Assembly: GCA_002633005.1 (NCBI GenBank)
Contig: NMRA01000078.1
Location: 381,868 to 445,867 of the forward strand
DNA from: Phoronis australis
Taxonomy: Eukaryota > Animalia > Phoronida
Direction: 5' to 3'
Length of the DNA stretch: 64,000 nucleotides
Below, in pieces: positions 12,912 to 25,800 of this stretch. A model generated the notes under the pieces. It saw nothing but the letters and a program-made list of their open reading frames with translations, ran no database searches and was not told where the DNA came from. A program made the translations under genes and the position numbers. Within the stretch, counting starts at the first letter, position 1. Each line of letters begins with the position of its first letter.

Positions 12912-14399
12912 GGGGGGGGGGGGGGGGGGTGACACTGAATCCTCCCTGTTACATCGGCTGTAGTATTCGTTTCGCGTCTAATCATTGGAAAAATCTTTAT
13001 ATATACTTCAGTGTAGCTAAGATGCAGTTGTTTTATTGTATTGCATGCTTGGGGTCTTCCATTGTTAAATTAAACCAGTAGACCAAACCCTCGCAAATGA
13101 TACCCGTGTTCCCGAAGTTCCGCTTCGGTGTGTCTTTCCAGACCCATAACTCACAGGCAACTAAAGGTTAAAGTTTTAAGAAAAGCATGTCCATTAATTC
13201 AATTATGTATTATCTATCCAACTCCTGTTTGTCGTCACCAGCGGTGGTTACCAACTTCGTTACCAAGTTGTAAAACACGATCCATTTTACACTCAACACC
13301 TGCCTCCAACTGTCTTCTTCCTCCAACCCCCACGGCCTACCTTTGTCGACCACACCACGTCCATGAGCATCAGCAAATTTCCTTTCGGCCTCATTCGGGC
13401 CCTTAATTCCTCAGCAAAAGTGAGGTTCGATATGGCATTGAGTCACCGCTCTCGACCCACGTGATTACTCGTCACGTTCACTGATGCAAGTCTCTATGCT
13501 TGGAGTTAGGGTGAATCTGGGATGACAGCTTTCCAACTCTCAGCGTCTCCGTTTGTGTAAGTTGCATGATCCATCAGCCTGCTGCCTTTTCTTGTGCAGT
13601 GTGCATGTTTGTTTCTGCTAATGTTCAAGAGTGTTATTCATGGGCAATTATAGTAAATTTTATAAACGTCACGACGTAATTTCATGATTATGTTTACGTG
13701 CATTTCATCTCGTTTTCTGTAAATTGTCATGAATTCCTTTTCTTTAAGACTGCTGTAATTAACGTGAAGCCCGGCAGTTCCAGTGTTGTGATTTCAAAAC
13801 CAGTGTCAACCAGATTGTGTTTTTGCACTCGGGTTGAATTGTTGTTTTCAGTGTTTGCACTTTCCTTTATAAGCAATCTATATCGTTTATTTCAGCCAAT
13901 TCCGTTAAGGCTTTTGTGACGAGATCAGAGAGCGCTGGACGGATGACCGTCTAACTTCATCTAGAGTGAACTGTTAAGACGAACTATTGATCGCCTTTAA
14001 GTTCACTAAATGGGGCCATAATGTTAAGCGTGTACTTACGGGTTCCGTTGGCCTCAGATTAGTCAGCTGAAAAGTACACCAGCATCCCGGAATACAACGT
14101 GGTAACTGAAAAACGCCAACGACCACGTGACCGATGTGAAAATTCACGCCGTCATGGTCTATCCATCGGGTGTTCATTTGGTGGTGCACATTCGAATTCT
14201 TCAAGTAAGAAGTGGTGGAAAACTGAGATAGAAGCATACAAGTAGGTGTGTCTGAACCGTTTGATAGTGGAAGATCTTTTTTCTTCCACCTGATTCCACC
14301 ACCCCAGTCATCGGCACCAACTTCACCGCCCCCAATCCCCGGCCCGGTCGCCATCAGATTCCATTCCCTCTGTCGCCACCACTTTAGTTTCACCCCACC

Positions 14400-14760
14400 C
14401 CACGGTCGCAACGAATCCTGCCCGCATGAGTGGTCTTGTTTCTGTTTGCTCGCTAAAATCCCGGCGGAAGCTGGCGTCCTCGTATTCTCCCATTGAATGT
14501 TGCGCTACAAATATTTTTCTCGTTTTGTCCAAATTATCCATAATTTTCGCCCGAGTCTTGTTGGAGGCAACATCTTCCCTAACCTCCCAATACGCCTACG
14601 CTGCAGAAACCAGGACTTTTACAAACGAAATGCATCGGCGAATTCTCCTTTCTGGCTTTCCCATGACAAAAACTTTCCTTGTGGTTTCCTAGAAGTGGTA
14701 AAAGCTGGTAGACTCTGGGGAATCGACAACACCTCTTTCTCCTACTGATTCCATTGCTAC
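14400..14760 (-). mobile_element. Probable RTE-type LINE 3' remnant
   Basis: Degenerate minus-strand translation (...AYWEVREDVASNKTRAK) resembles the WExxAxDRxxWR motif of RTE ORF ends. Heavily decayed. Confidence 0.3.
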
Positions 14761-16103
14761 GAAGAATAAAGCTAATGCCATTAAAGGTGGTTAAGGACGC
14801 CAGCAGCGGGTCACTAATTCCACCGCTGAGAGGACTTCCCGACTAGTTGCAGATGTTCTCATCTCACTAGTTCAGACAACATTAACTATTGGTAAATATA
14901 GCTTACAACTTTAGGTTTATTGAAGACCTTCGGGAACTGGGTTCTTGGAAATACTTTGATCTTCAGTGCATAACACCAGCATCAACAACGAAATTATAGT
15001 ATTTCGTGTAAGGTGCCCTCTAGCGGGCTCTCGGTGCTTCACCAAATCATAGCCAATTCTCAGTATATTGCGTTTTATGTCATGACAACTTTGCCTACTG
15101 CCGGTCAAGACTGGAGACTAATCTTTTTACTGGAAATCGATCTCAAAGTTATTTTGCGCGAACTTAAGATAAGCGTCTGTTATTCTCTGGTCGGTGGTGC
15201 TGACGGTTTATGTTGACGGGTTTCGTGTCCAAAGTAGTACTTGGTGACCCCTAATTTCAAGCTATAAACTCTAGTCAAAACTCGAGATTTCTAACAAAAA
15301 CTTAAGATTTCGAGTTCAGAATGGAAATTATAAGTTTAATGCTGGTGTCGTCAAGTACAAGACAGGGTTGGACAGTCATCTACGTAAATCACAGTGTATT
15401 CGAGCACAGAATATTAGCTACTTATCTTGAGCTTGCACAAAAGCAAAACGGAAAATGTTAAAAAGTAATTTAGAGTTAATGGTCACATGACCCAATTAAT
15501 TGCGGAGTGGTAAAAAAAAAAGCCAAAAATCAAGTTCAGCTGACTGCTACTTTCACAAAATATGCCTTTATTGGGTTAAAATCTACTGCTTTGAAAATAT
15601 TTGGCTTAATACACAAACTTCTATATATCCTTAATAATCTCAGAGCATTTGATGAGCTGATGGTCCATAGTTTTATAACGCATGGCGACTCCGGCAATAC
15701 GGAATTAAACACTCTGCCTGACACAAAACACTCGCTCTAGTTTCATGCCGTGTAAGGAAAATTGTTTTAGCACATTATTTTGTTCGACAACTTTTGCTGT
15801 CGCACGAGTTGTCTCTGGTGTCATGCGTTGAGTGACGCGATACTAAGCCGTCCTTTAGTTAACATTCAGTTATTACATGACCAAACTTACGGTTTTTCCA
15901 CATTTAGGCGGCACCATTTATTTCTGCGTGAAGAGCCTGTGGTTTAAGTTATTCACGTCATAGTGAGCAGTAAACGTCCTTATGCTTTCAGATTTGCAAT
16001 TCTGCAGCGCAGATCTTGCACGTCGAAAGAAAATACTGGCGTTACACTTGATAGAGGCATGACTGTGTTTTTGTTTTTTGGTCTTGCCTGATAGGGGTAA
16101 TAC

Positions 16104-16344
16104 CAGGGGCCCGTTCCAACAAAACTGACTTAGCTAAGACAAATCTTAAATTTTAATAAATTTCAAAATAAAAGTTAAATTTGACTTATAACCAATTCAA
16201 GAAAAAGATCTTAAGTTTGACTTAGGTTTTGTTTTAATTTCAACTAACTCACCGAATATGGAAGTTTCAAAGTTTGCAACGTTAAGACAAATCTTAAACT
16301 TAAGTAAAAATGAACTTAAGTCAGTTTGTTGTAACAGGCCCCAG
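16104..16344. mobile_element. MITE family B (about 240 bp)
   Basis: Inverted ends caggggcccgttccaacaaaactgactta / taagtcagtttgttgtaacaggccccag. Homologous copies at about 19386-19634 and 20446-20691. Confidence 0.85.
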
Positions 16345-17221
16345 GTCCTCTGCCCCCTTAATTTGTTTAATGGCTCTGTGTGACGCTGTAACCTAAGTAT
16401 TCTCAACTTTCGTCGCAAGCAACATACACTGGCTGCCCGCAAACAATTTTGCTACTAGACAACCATTACTTGCACACAGCCGTGTTAGCGCTAATATTTT
16501 CTCGTGCAAGGGCCGCTAAATGTTGATACATTCTGATAACACTCGATGTGGTTGTTATTTTTTTGGCATCATCACCCGGCGCTCCGGCTGAGTCTCATCA
16601 ATTCACGTCGTTAGCTGGGCACTTAATGAGCACAGTTAGTCACAAAGGACTCGTAGGAAATATTGCAAAGGTTATGTCTACCTCACTATCGACGTTGATT
16701 GTGGGGTTGGCCTCTCATGGGGGAGGTCGGTCGCGATGAACTGACGGAGTGTATGAGCCTGTTTGTTCAAGTCACTGAGATTAACTGCATATCACAATAT
16801 ATAATATTTTAGACGAAGTGAGTTGTTTGGAAATTATCATTAATGTAAGACGCAATATTCTTCAATTTCCACATGACGTTACCATGGGGGTGTAGCTAGA
16901 CGGCGGCCGACCACCCCAGACTGTAACCCGACAGCGGTCAGAGGACTGCACAAACAACCGGAGGAAGGCACACAAATTGTTGACCATCGGGAGGCAGCGG
17001 CACAAACGCCAGGGGGCGTCAAAAAGTGAGGTGTGTCGACAGTGGTGGGTGGCGGCGCTCGATTGGTGTCGACGTAGGGACGTTGTTATTTTTTCGCCTG
17101 GGCGAGGATAGTCCCAGCTGCGCCACTAGTTATCATTCACCCACTTGGTTACATCTTTTCCTGACGTCTCCAGCACACAAGTTTTTTCGCATTTCAATGT
17201 GTGTTGCTTCCGTTCCAACTC

Positions 17222-17580
17222 CCAGTGCCCGGTTTCGGCATAAAACAGTCCCAAATAGGGGCACAAGTAAGTTCCCTAAAGTATCTGCTTATTTGTGGGC
17301 TTGTGAAAACACTGAATGTCGATCACTACTAAGCCAATTTTTGACTTTGATACAAATCGAGAGTGAATTCAAGGCTGAATTCTCAACATTATTAAAAAGT
17401 AGGGATCTTTTCATGCAACGCGCTCAGTAACTAAAAATGTCATCAGTCAAAGAGGTTCTCCTAATAAAGACAGAATGGCGGAATAAATACTACATCTGTG
17501 ATCAAATAACGAAATAAATACACAAAAGATTTAGGGAGCTTAGTTGAATCCCTATTTGGGACGGTTAGAACCGGCCACTG
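17222..17580. mobile_element. MITE with about 60-bp imperfect TIRs (CAGTG ends)
   Basis: cagtgcccggttt...gtcccaaataggg...ttccctaaa is mirrored by tttagggag...ccctatttgggac...accggccactg. Confidence 0.8.
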
Positions 17581-18419
17581 ACGCTCTGAAAACGTGGACA
17601 AGTTGTGATTATACGAAGCATTGGTTACGGTTAAGTAGTTCATAACAATCTGAGTTATCACTAGAGGGCGCATTAGTTCAATGACACAGATCTTTTATGA
17701 GAATGGTGATTGTGTAGTGCAACATCACTTTTTCATTTGTTAGGATGTATAGGCGTACATCAGATATTAATTATGCTTTAATCATAAGCAATATAAACTA
17801 TCTATGCATGTTAAACTGTTGTATTTGCTTGCGCAATAAACTTTACAATCTCTTCTCTTCACATTTGCTGGCAAAATAAATTTATCAGGTTCCTTCTGAA
17901 CCTTCACTCTAGAAAGCATAATGAAGCATCCGAATTCCGACAAGCTAGCGTTCTCCCATTTTCTTCGAGAGCTACTTCCTTAAACGTCGCTTCAGGTATA
18001 CCATTCTCCGGCCTCCGCTCCGTTATGCTTGCCCCACATCTAACTCGCGTGTCACATACTTGCAGTAGTGTTAACTCACTCCCAACTCCTTTTTGTAAAT
18101 ATTTCGGTCAGGCGTCATTTCATTACAGCGGAACTCTAGCTTGAAATGAATTCCCGTCACAGTAAAAATGTCCAGCCGCTAATTTCTGTTAACCCTAATT
18201 TCTTTTCAAGGCTTAGCAACTGTTTCCTTATTAAATAATAAGAATAATATTTATGCCTATTGATTTGACCCCATATTTTCCGCGTCAGGGTTTTTAACCT
18301 CTCATCTTGTTGAAGTATTTCATCTAATCTTTATTAGTGCATTCATTTAATTATTTATTATTTTTGTATATATTTATTTACCTATTTAGTTACTATTTTC
18401 TTATTCACTGATTTGGCTT

Positions 18420-18522
18420 TTTTACTGACCATAATGGAAATAAGTCCGACTTTTTATGTTATCCGTGTCTTACATTTGTACTTTTATTTTTTCCTAGATT
18501 TTTATGTACTTTTGTGATTCTA

Positions 18523-18585
<63 letters not shown>
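18420..18585 (+). repeat. LINE-like 3' tail ending in a (TTA)n microsatellite
   Basis: ggaaataagt...actttttatgttatcc motif followed by about 20 TTA units (18526-18585). Confidence 0.6.
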
Positions 18586-18587
<2 letters not shown>

Positions 18588-19385
18588 TTTGGCTCGCATA
18601 TACACCGACCTCTAGCAACGAGGTGTTGACACTGCTGGACCTACAATTGTGCAGCCTTTAAAGCGATGCAGCACTACCTCGTAAGGGCTAGTTGGCATAG
18701 TTCAGAGATGTGGACGAAAGCAAAAGTGTATAGTTGAACAGAACAACGTTATTCTCTTTATGATGTTTCGTCAGCAGTTTGAATGTCCGATATCAATAAC
18801 AAACATTTGAAACCATTTGGAATATATTCGTGATTTTTGTTTTTGGCGGGGTGGCAGTCAAGCAAGCCATCACTCGAACAACGAGTACCCTACTAGCACT
18901 TTGACGTCACGCACTACCATAAAACCTCGTTTATAATTAATTCCCGTGACCTTATAGTGCATTTGCTAGGAACATATAAAAATTAATGCCGGATATAAGG
19001 CCACGGATTCAATAGTCCAGCATAAGACCATGCTAGGATATGTCCTCATATACGAAGTTTTGCGGTACCAACATTTTCAGGAACAATTTCAAGAATGCAA
19101 TATATGTTCAAGGTAAGCACTATGAAAATTACTTTACGATGTCAGAAACTTGCTTTTTCATTGATTATACAGTTATAAACTCACAAGCACTGACAAACGT
19201 CCAAACGCACCATAAAATACAATTAAGCCCTGATCTTTTCAAACCTCTCCAGCAACACTCGTGTTATTCTTGTACCAGCCCGACATCCGAGTCCAGGATC
19301 GCATCTCCGAGCTCGGGACTGCTCTGGCATAGACACAAAATTCAACCATTCAGGCAGCATGATTCGAGTACAGATTTGTAAGTTA

Positions 19386-19634
19386 GCAGCCCGTTCCAAG
19401 AAAGTAACTTAAGTTCATCTTTGACTTAACTTTTGTCTCAATTTCCAAACTTTGAAACCTCCACATCCGGTAAGTTAGTCGAACTTAAGACAAAACGCAA
19501 GCAAAAAAAATACGTCAAACCTAAGATCATTTTCTTGGAACGGACTTACGAAGACAAATTGAAGTTTTATCTTAAAATTGAGTTAAATTTAAGATTTGTC
19601 CAAGCTAAGTCAGTTTTCTTGAAACGGTCCCCAG
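19386..19634. mobile_element. MITE family B copy
   Basis: Reverse-orientation homolog of 16104-16344. Confidence 0.8.
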
Positions 19635-19806
19635 CAATAGCCGAGTTACGAGCACAGCCGAGGTTAGACGGTGGAACCCCAAGAGAAACTTTTAGGGAAA
19701 CCAATAAATACACTGCTTCCTACTCAAAAAGCAAAAAGAAAGCAACGCTGTAGTATATACAGTATAAACACCTCATTTACATTTTAGCGATCACGTGCTC
19801 ATTCTG

Positions 19807-22800
19807 TTAGGCAGTCTTTCTCTTCCGAGTTCGTTTTTTCCTCTTTAGTCTCTTGCGCTGTCGGCGCCGATCTCTGTCCCTCTTCCGCCACTTGAAACCC
19901 ACTGAAAAAGCTGAAACATATGAAATATCTGTAATTAATAGTCCCTGAAATATGACATTGGGCATAGTGAGAGCAGAGACAGTCTGCGAAATTTACGTCA
20001 ACATCACTTGTTGGTTCAGTTTCCACAGTCCCGAGGTCTACAACAGGTGGCGCTGGATCGAGATTTAGGTTCCTTTCACCACAATTGTAAATGTCGGTTT
20101 TGAACGTGCGGGCGCTCAAAGACATTTTTAAAAGATGTAACACGCACGTACTTAGCATTTTGGAAAACATGAGCTCTCAAAAACATAAGTAATGAAACAC
20201 AGTATTGATAATTTCATTCAATGTCTTTTTCTGTATATTGTAATTTTACAAGTAGCGGCCCCAAACGATAAAAGCATTATTCAGTTATAACACTGCCTCA
20301 CTGAATCAGAAAGTGGAGCAGGAGATTCAAAGACGGTAGTCTTTCCCCTCAACTGTTGTTTTAGCTCGCTCAAAGCGGTAATCAATCACACAAATTTCGC
20401 ATTAAAAGAAGATTTCAAACATGATCCAAAGTTTTGGGGTTGATCAGGGGGACGGTTTCAAGAAACTCAGTGACTTAGGTTCATTTTTTACTTAGGTCTA
20501 ATATTTGTCTCAACTTCCAAACTTTGAAACTTCCACATCCGGTGAGCTAGTCGAAATTTTTACAAAACTTAAGTCAAACTTTAGATCAGTTTCTTGAATC
20601 GGAGTTGAGACAACTTTAAGTTTTATGTTCAAATTGACTGAAATTTAAAATTTGTCTTAGCTAAAGCCAGTTTTCTTGAAACAGGCTCCAGGGTTAAAGA
20701 GCGTTATTTTGTGTCAAAGATCTAGTCCTAGGTAATCTTTGCTGATAGGATAACGGCTTTTATTGTCTATTTAAACGGAGGTTCATAACTCAATGTGACT
20801 AATTTTTTGGAACATCCATGTATTTCAAAGGTGAAGCTTAGTTTCATTCACTAGCTGTGGCTCCGGTTATTATTTTCTATCTGATTTTCAAGGAATATCT
20901 AGAAACTAGTAACATTTGTTTCACCCACTAACTGTGGTTCCGGTTATTATTTTTATTTGATTTTCAATGAATATCTAAAAACAAGTAACGTTTTCACATA
21001 TTATAGACACGAGGTATACGTCATACGACCCTATGGCCGGTTTCTGGTGAAATCGTACTGACTGATATTTCTAAAAGATGAACGTAAGCTGAGCGCAGTT
21101 TTGGTGAAATGGCTGCTATGTTGTGGGATTTCGTTCTCACAATGGCAAGCGTACAAATTTTTGATTTAAAACGATTATAAACCAACCACTGTCGATACCA
21201 GGCATATTTGTGGGTTGAAAAAAACACCACAATTGCATTCATGAATTAAAGAACACACCTGCACCCATTTTGGAGTTATTAAGCGTCAAAGTTGGTCGGA
21301 AGAAAAATTAGATGAATAAGAAGAATAAGAACAAGAATAAAATTGAAGAAAACCCAGGAACAACAGTACTCTGCGCTTGCACGAGCAGAGTAATTACTGT
21401 ACAACTTTAAAAAAATTCCCGAGATGAAGTAAGAAATTTTGTTCATTGAATTGCAAAAGTAGTAAGTAGCCTAACTACCGCCAACAAAAATGCAGCAATG
21501 TGGGTAAACAGTCTTTATTCGGAACGAAACTAACGACCATAACATGAATGTATATTTCATAGGTTAGAGCACGTGACTTTCTAAAATACAGCAAGGTTTC
21601 TATTGAACGCTCGGTCGCCAGAATACTAGTGGTAATCACGCGACTTTTCAACCAAAGCTAAAAAAGAACTTACTTTTACGGCAATACTTCCCGTGCCAGC
21701 CCCGTTCGCAGCGACATCTATCGCTACCCATACAGATCCCATGACGGCCACATGACTTGCTGCATAAAACTGTAACAAATTGCGCACAAACAGAAGTACA
21801 GAGTTCAAAAATTATTGAAACAGACCGCAAATCAAAACAAAACTCTGAATCTGCGATTCTTAAAACAAAACGCAGTGTGATTAGACTTAGTCAATCAACA
21901 GGTCCGTCCTCATGGCGTGCGTTCAGTAACGTTAGGACCTCCCCTAGGACCCAGCTAAAATCTAGCCAAAGTCACCAGTTCTCACATAGGCGGATTTAGG
22001 GGGGGGGCCCAGGGGGCCCGGGCCCCCCCCCCCCCCCNGTCGATACCAGGCATATTTGTGGGTTGAAAAAAACACCACAATTGCATTCATGAATTAAAGA
22101 ACACACCTGCACCCATTTTGGAGTTATTAAGCGTCAAAGTTGGTCGGAAGAAGAATTAGAAGAATAAGAATAAGAACAAGAATAAAATTGAAGAAAACCC
22201 AGGAACAACAGTACTCTGCGCTTGCACGCGCAGAGTAATTACTGTCCAACTTTCAAAAAAATCCCGAGATGAAGTAAGAAATTTTGTTCATTGAATTGCA
22301 AAAGTAGTAAGTAGCCTAACTACCGCCAACAAAATGCAGCAATGTGGGTAAACAGTCTTTATTCAGGACGAAACTAACGACCATAACATGAATGTATATT
22401 TCATAGGTTAAAGCACGTGACTTCCTAAAATACAGCAAGGTTTCTTTTGAACGCTCGGTCGCCAGAATACTAGTGGTAATCACGTGACTTTTCAACCAAA
22501 GCTAAAAAAGAACTTACTTTTACGGCAGTACTTCCCGTGCCAGCCCCGTTCGCAGCGACATCTATCGCTACCCATACAGATCCCATGACGGCCACATGAC
22601 TTGCTGCATAAAACTGTAACAAATTGCACACAAACAGAAGTAACAGAGTGCAAAAATTATTGAAACAGACCGCAAATCAAAATAAAAATCTGAATCTGCG
22701 ATTCTTAAAACAAAACGCAGTGTGATTAGAGCTAGTCAATCAACAGGTCCGTCCTCATGGCGTGCGTTCAGTAACGTTAGGATCTCCCCTAGGACCCAGC

Positions 22801-25800
22801 TAAAATCTAGCCAAAGTCACCAGTTCTCATAACCAGTTTTCATTTAAAATACATGGCAATATCTCACGCTTTTTAGCGAGATACCAGCGTTTCTGAACGG
22901 GAAGCTGGCTGCAGAGGTCACATTATCGACGCCAACACTGCTGGTTTGAAAACAGTGACGAAAGCGGATCTTAAAATAAAAAAAAATCATAGTTCTGCGA
23001 TTGCTTCGAGTGATGCCCTTTCAGTCAGCTCACCTTCTTGACAAGTAGATCCTTGGAAACCATAAGGACAGACGCACTTCGCGTCGAGGCATCGTCCACC
23101 ATTCGCACAGTGTGAGGTGCAACTCTCTGTAAAAATACCGATAGTCTGATATAACGTGCCCGAATTTTGAGAACCAGTTTGATGCCCTTTATTCAGTGGA
23201 GAAAACTGGTTCTCAAAATTCGGTCACGTTATATCAGAACATTACCAAATTACCACCGGTTAGTAATAATGTATTTCAGGGTTGCTCTTAATTATAATTA
23301 GCCACAGTGTAATGAGATTTCGTTAACAACTCAGGTTTGTCAGATCTTCATTCAGAATACTTAAAGCGGCATTCCATCGCAAAAACCAGCATTTGATTTA
23401 GCCGCTTACAGTTATGAAATTGGTCCCAAATTGTTCCTTAGTCAAATGAAAGGCGATTTCAGGGCAACATCGAAATAAGTGACAAAAATTATAGCCAAAA
23501 AATACTACAGTTTCCTAAGATATAAGGCTCTATACGTCACGCTCATTCAATACAATATTGGTCATTTTCCGCACGACGTTATAAAATATATATAAATTAC
23601 TATATGTAGTAATGTACATGATAACGTCACACGGAAATGAACGAACTTTGTATCGAATGAGCATGCTATAAGTTAGCTGGTTTCAGGCGGAAAAATAAGC
23701 TGTCAGTTCTTTGCAATCTCAGAAGTTACTTCTCATTTGAGTAAGTACCAAATGAGACCAAATTTATAGCGGGTATGCCCAAATCAAAAGTTCGCTTTTC
23801 AGACTGAAAGCGGGTTCCATGTTCTCTTTAAGATGACGTAATTCTTGCTGCTGTCCATGTAACAAACTGTTGCCGCTCGGCTTAACATACCGCGGTACAG
23901 GTATAATACGATAATGTTAACGCCAGTAATACGGAATACGGAAATTAATAAGTGACATTGCAGCCATAGGCCGGAGAATCTCGATTACAACCGGCGTTCT
24001 CCGCCAAGTAGGTGTAAAACACCAGCATTGATGACATCTGCCAATGCCTCTTTTAAGAGTTAAAGTTCCAATGTGTACTAAGACCATTTCTTCAGTTAAC
24101 AAACACGTGAGAGCATTTTTATCAAACATGGGTTTAAATATGATAAACACCTTGCCTATGTCACAGGACGTTTACAAAAACGTTTACGCAGTATTCTAGA
24201 CTTAGCACATTAGCATGCATACACTTACTAAGAAGACAATTATCTCCATGGTAACCAGGTGGACACCAACATTTGTTGGGTGATATGCACTGTCCTCCGT
24301 TGGCGCAGCCTTTTCTACATAATGCTGGAAAGTCAAAACGTCACTCATTTCAAACACAGAGGTAATTCACCAGTATTTCCGCAATTGAAAATTTAAGACG
24401 TTTTGTCAGTCGCAGTGCTGAGGCAGCAACTTATAATCCTGTGAAATCAACTGAGGTGTGTTAGCACGCTCTTGAAAACGCGACTAAAACTGAACGCGAT
24501 CCGAATGTACGCGTTGTACAATCTGAGTAGTCCTTAAGTTCCCTTTACACATATCGATGTTAGGTATACAGCGTATTTAGGCCTACTATTGTCATCAGTG
24601 GCAGATCTACGTTTTAAGTGAGGGGGTTTAAGGATTTGAGCGGAGGGAAGGTCGGGGGCGTTTTCCCCCTCTCGTGTAAGATTTTTTTTTTTGTTTTTAG
24701 TAGCTGATTTTGTTTTCCTGGCGACATGTTTTTAAATTCTGTTTTATTTTTGATCCTGTCCCGAAGGGGGGGGGGCTTGAACATCCTGAACCCCCCGTAG
24801 ATCCGGCCTCTGGTCCGATTCATGGGCGGCACACCATAGGAGGCTGGGGGCTATAGCCCCCCACTTTTTCAGTGCTAAGCCGCACGTGGTCTGTAGGTGA
24901 TGCACTACAGGGGGCAGAGGGGGTTTAAATTTAGCCCCCACTTCTTTCAGTGCTGCGCTGCCCATGTTGTTTTAAACGCCATTTAGCTCGGAAAGTTGGT
25001 GTGTCGTACACACCTGTCTACACTCCCAGTTTCTGTTATTCGACTTATACAACATTCTGACTGTCGGTTACTATTTCGTAAACGACAGAAATAACTCAGG
25101 GGAGTTGGTATGATTTGACGTACCTTCGCCGCAATATTTGCCCGTGTATCCGTCCAGGCACTTGCATCTTCTATCCGACCCACAGGTGGCGTTGTTAACA
25201 CACAAACAGTCCTCCAGTTCGCAAAACCTCCCGTGAAAGCCTTTTTTACACGAACACACTCCGAACTGGTTGCACGTGCCGCCATTGAGACACTTCTTGT
25301 CACATGACGCTTTACCTTGATCAAGAATAACCACTTGATGGTTTTAACAGATACAACAGACCGGCCTCGGCAGTCAAAAATAACTATTACTATTTATAAT
25401 TAGACCAAAAAGGAATGAAAACGATCACAACTTGTTCTTCACTCGAATTCGATTCGATGTAATGTATGGTCTTGAGACAGGCTCAGCAAGTTAGCTCGTC
25501 AACGGCCAGCCTCGTCGCCAAGCCACAAGATGGCGCTGATCGGTTTAGCCATTTGATCAACGTCGGGACATTTTAGGAGTCAAAGACCATGGTCTCAAGC
25601 AACAACAGTCTACCAGTTATTACCATCTGAAGCTCAGGAACCACTCCTCATCTGCGTAAGTATCAAATGAAGCAAGTGTTTTTTTGACTCAAGTGGTCTT
25701 AATCGAAAGTTTTTTGCTTAGCTGAATACGACGGGATGGGAAGGCGGACTTGTAGCAGGTTTGAGAAAGTGCCAGGACGCAAACTTAAAGGCAGATAATA

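Noticed and set aside
19799-20170. 123-aa ORF as the WIF1 last exon
   Set aside because: Splice phase from the EGF5 exon selects a different frame beginning at the 19902 acceptor.
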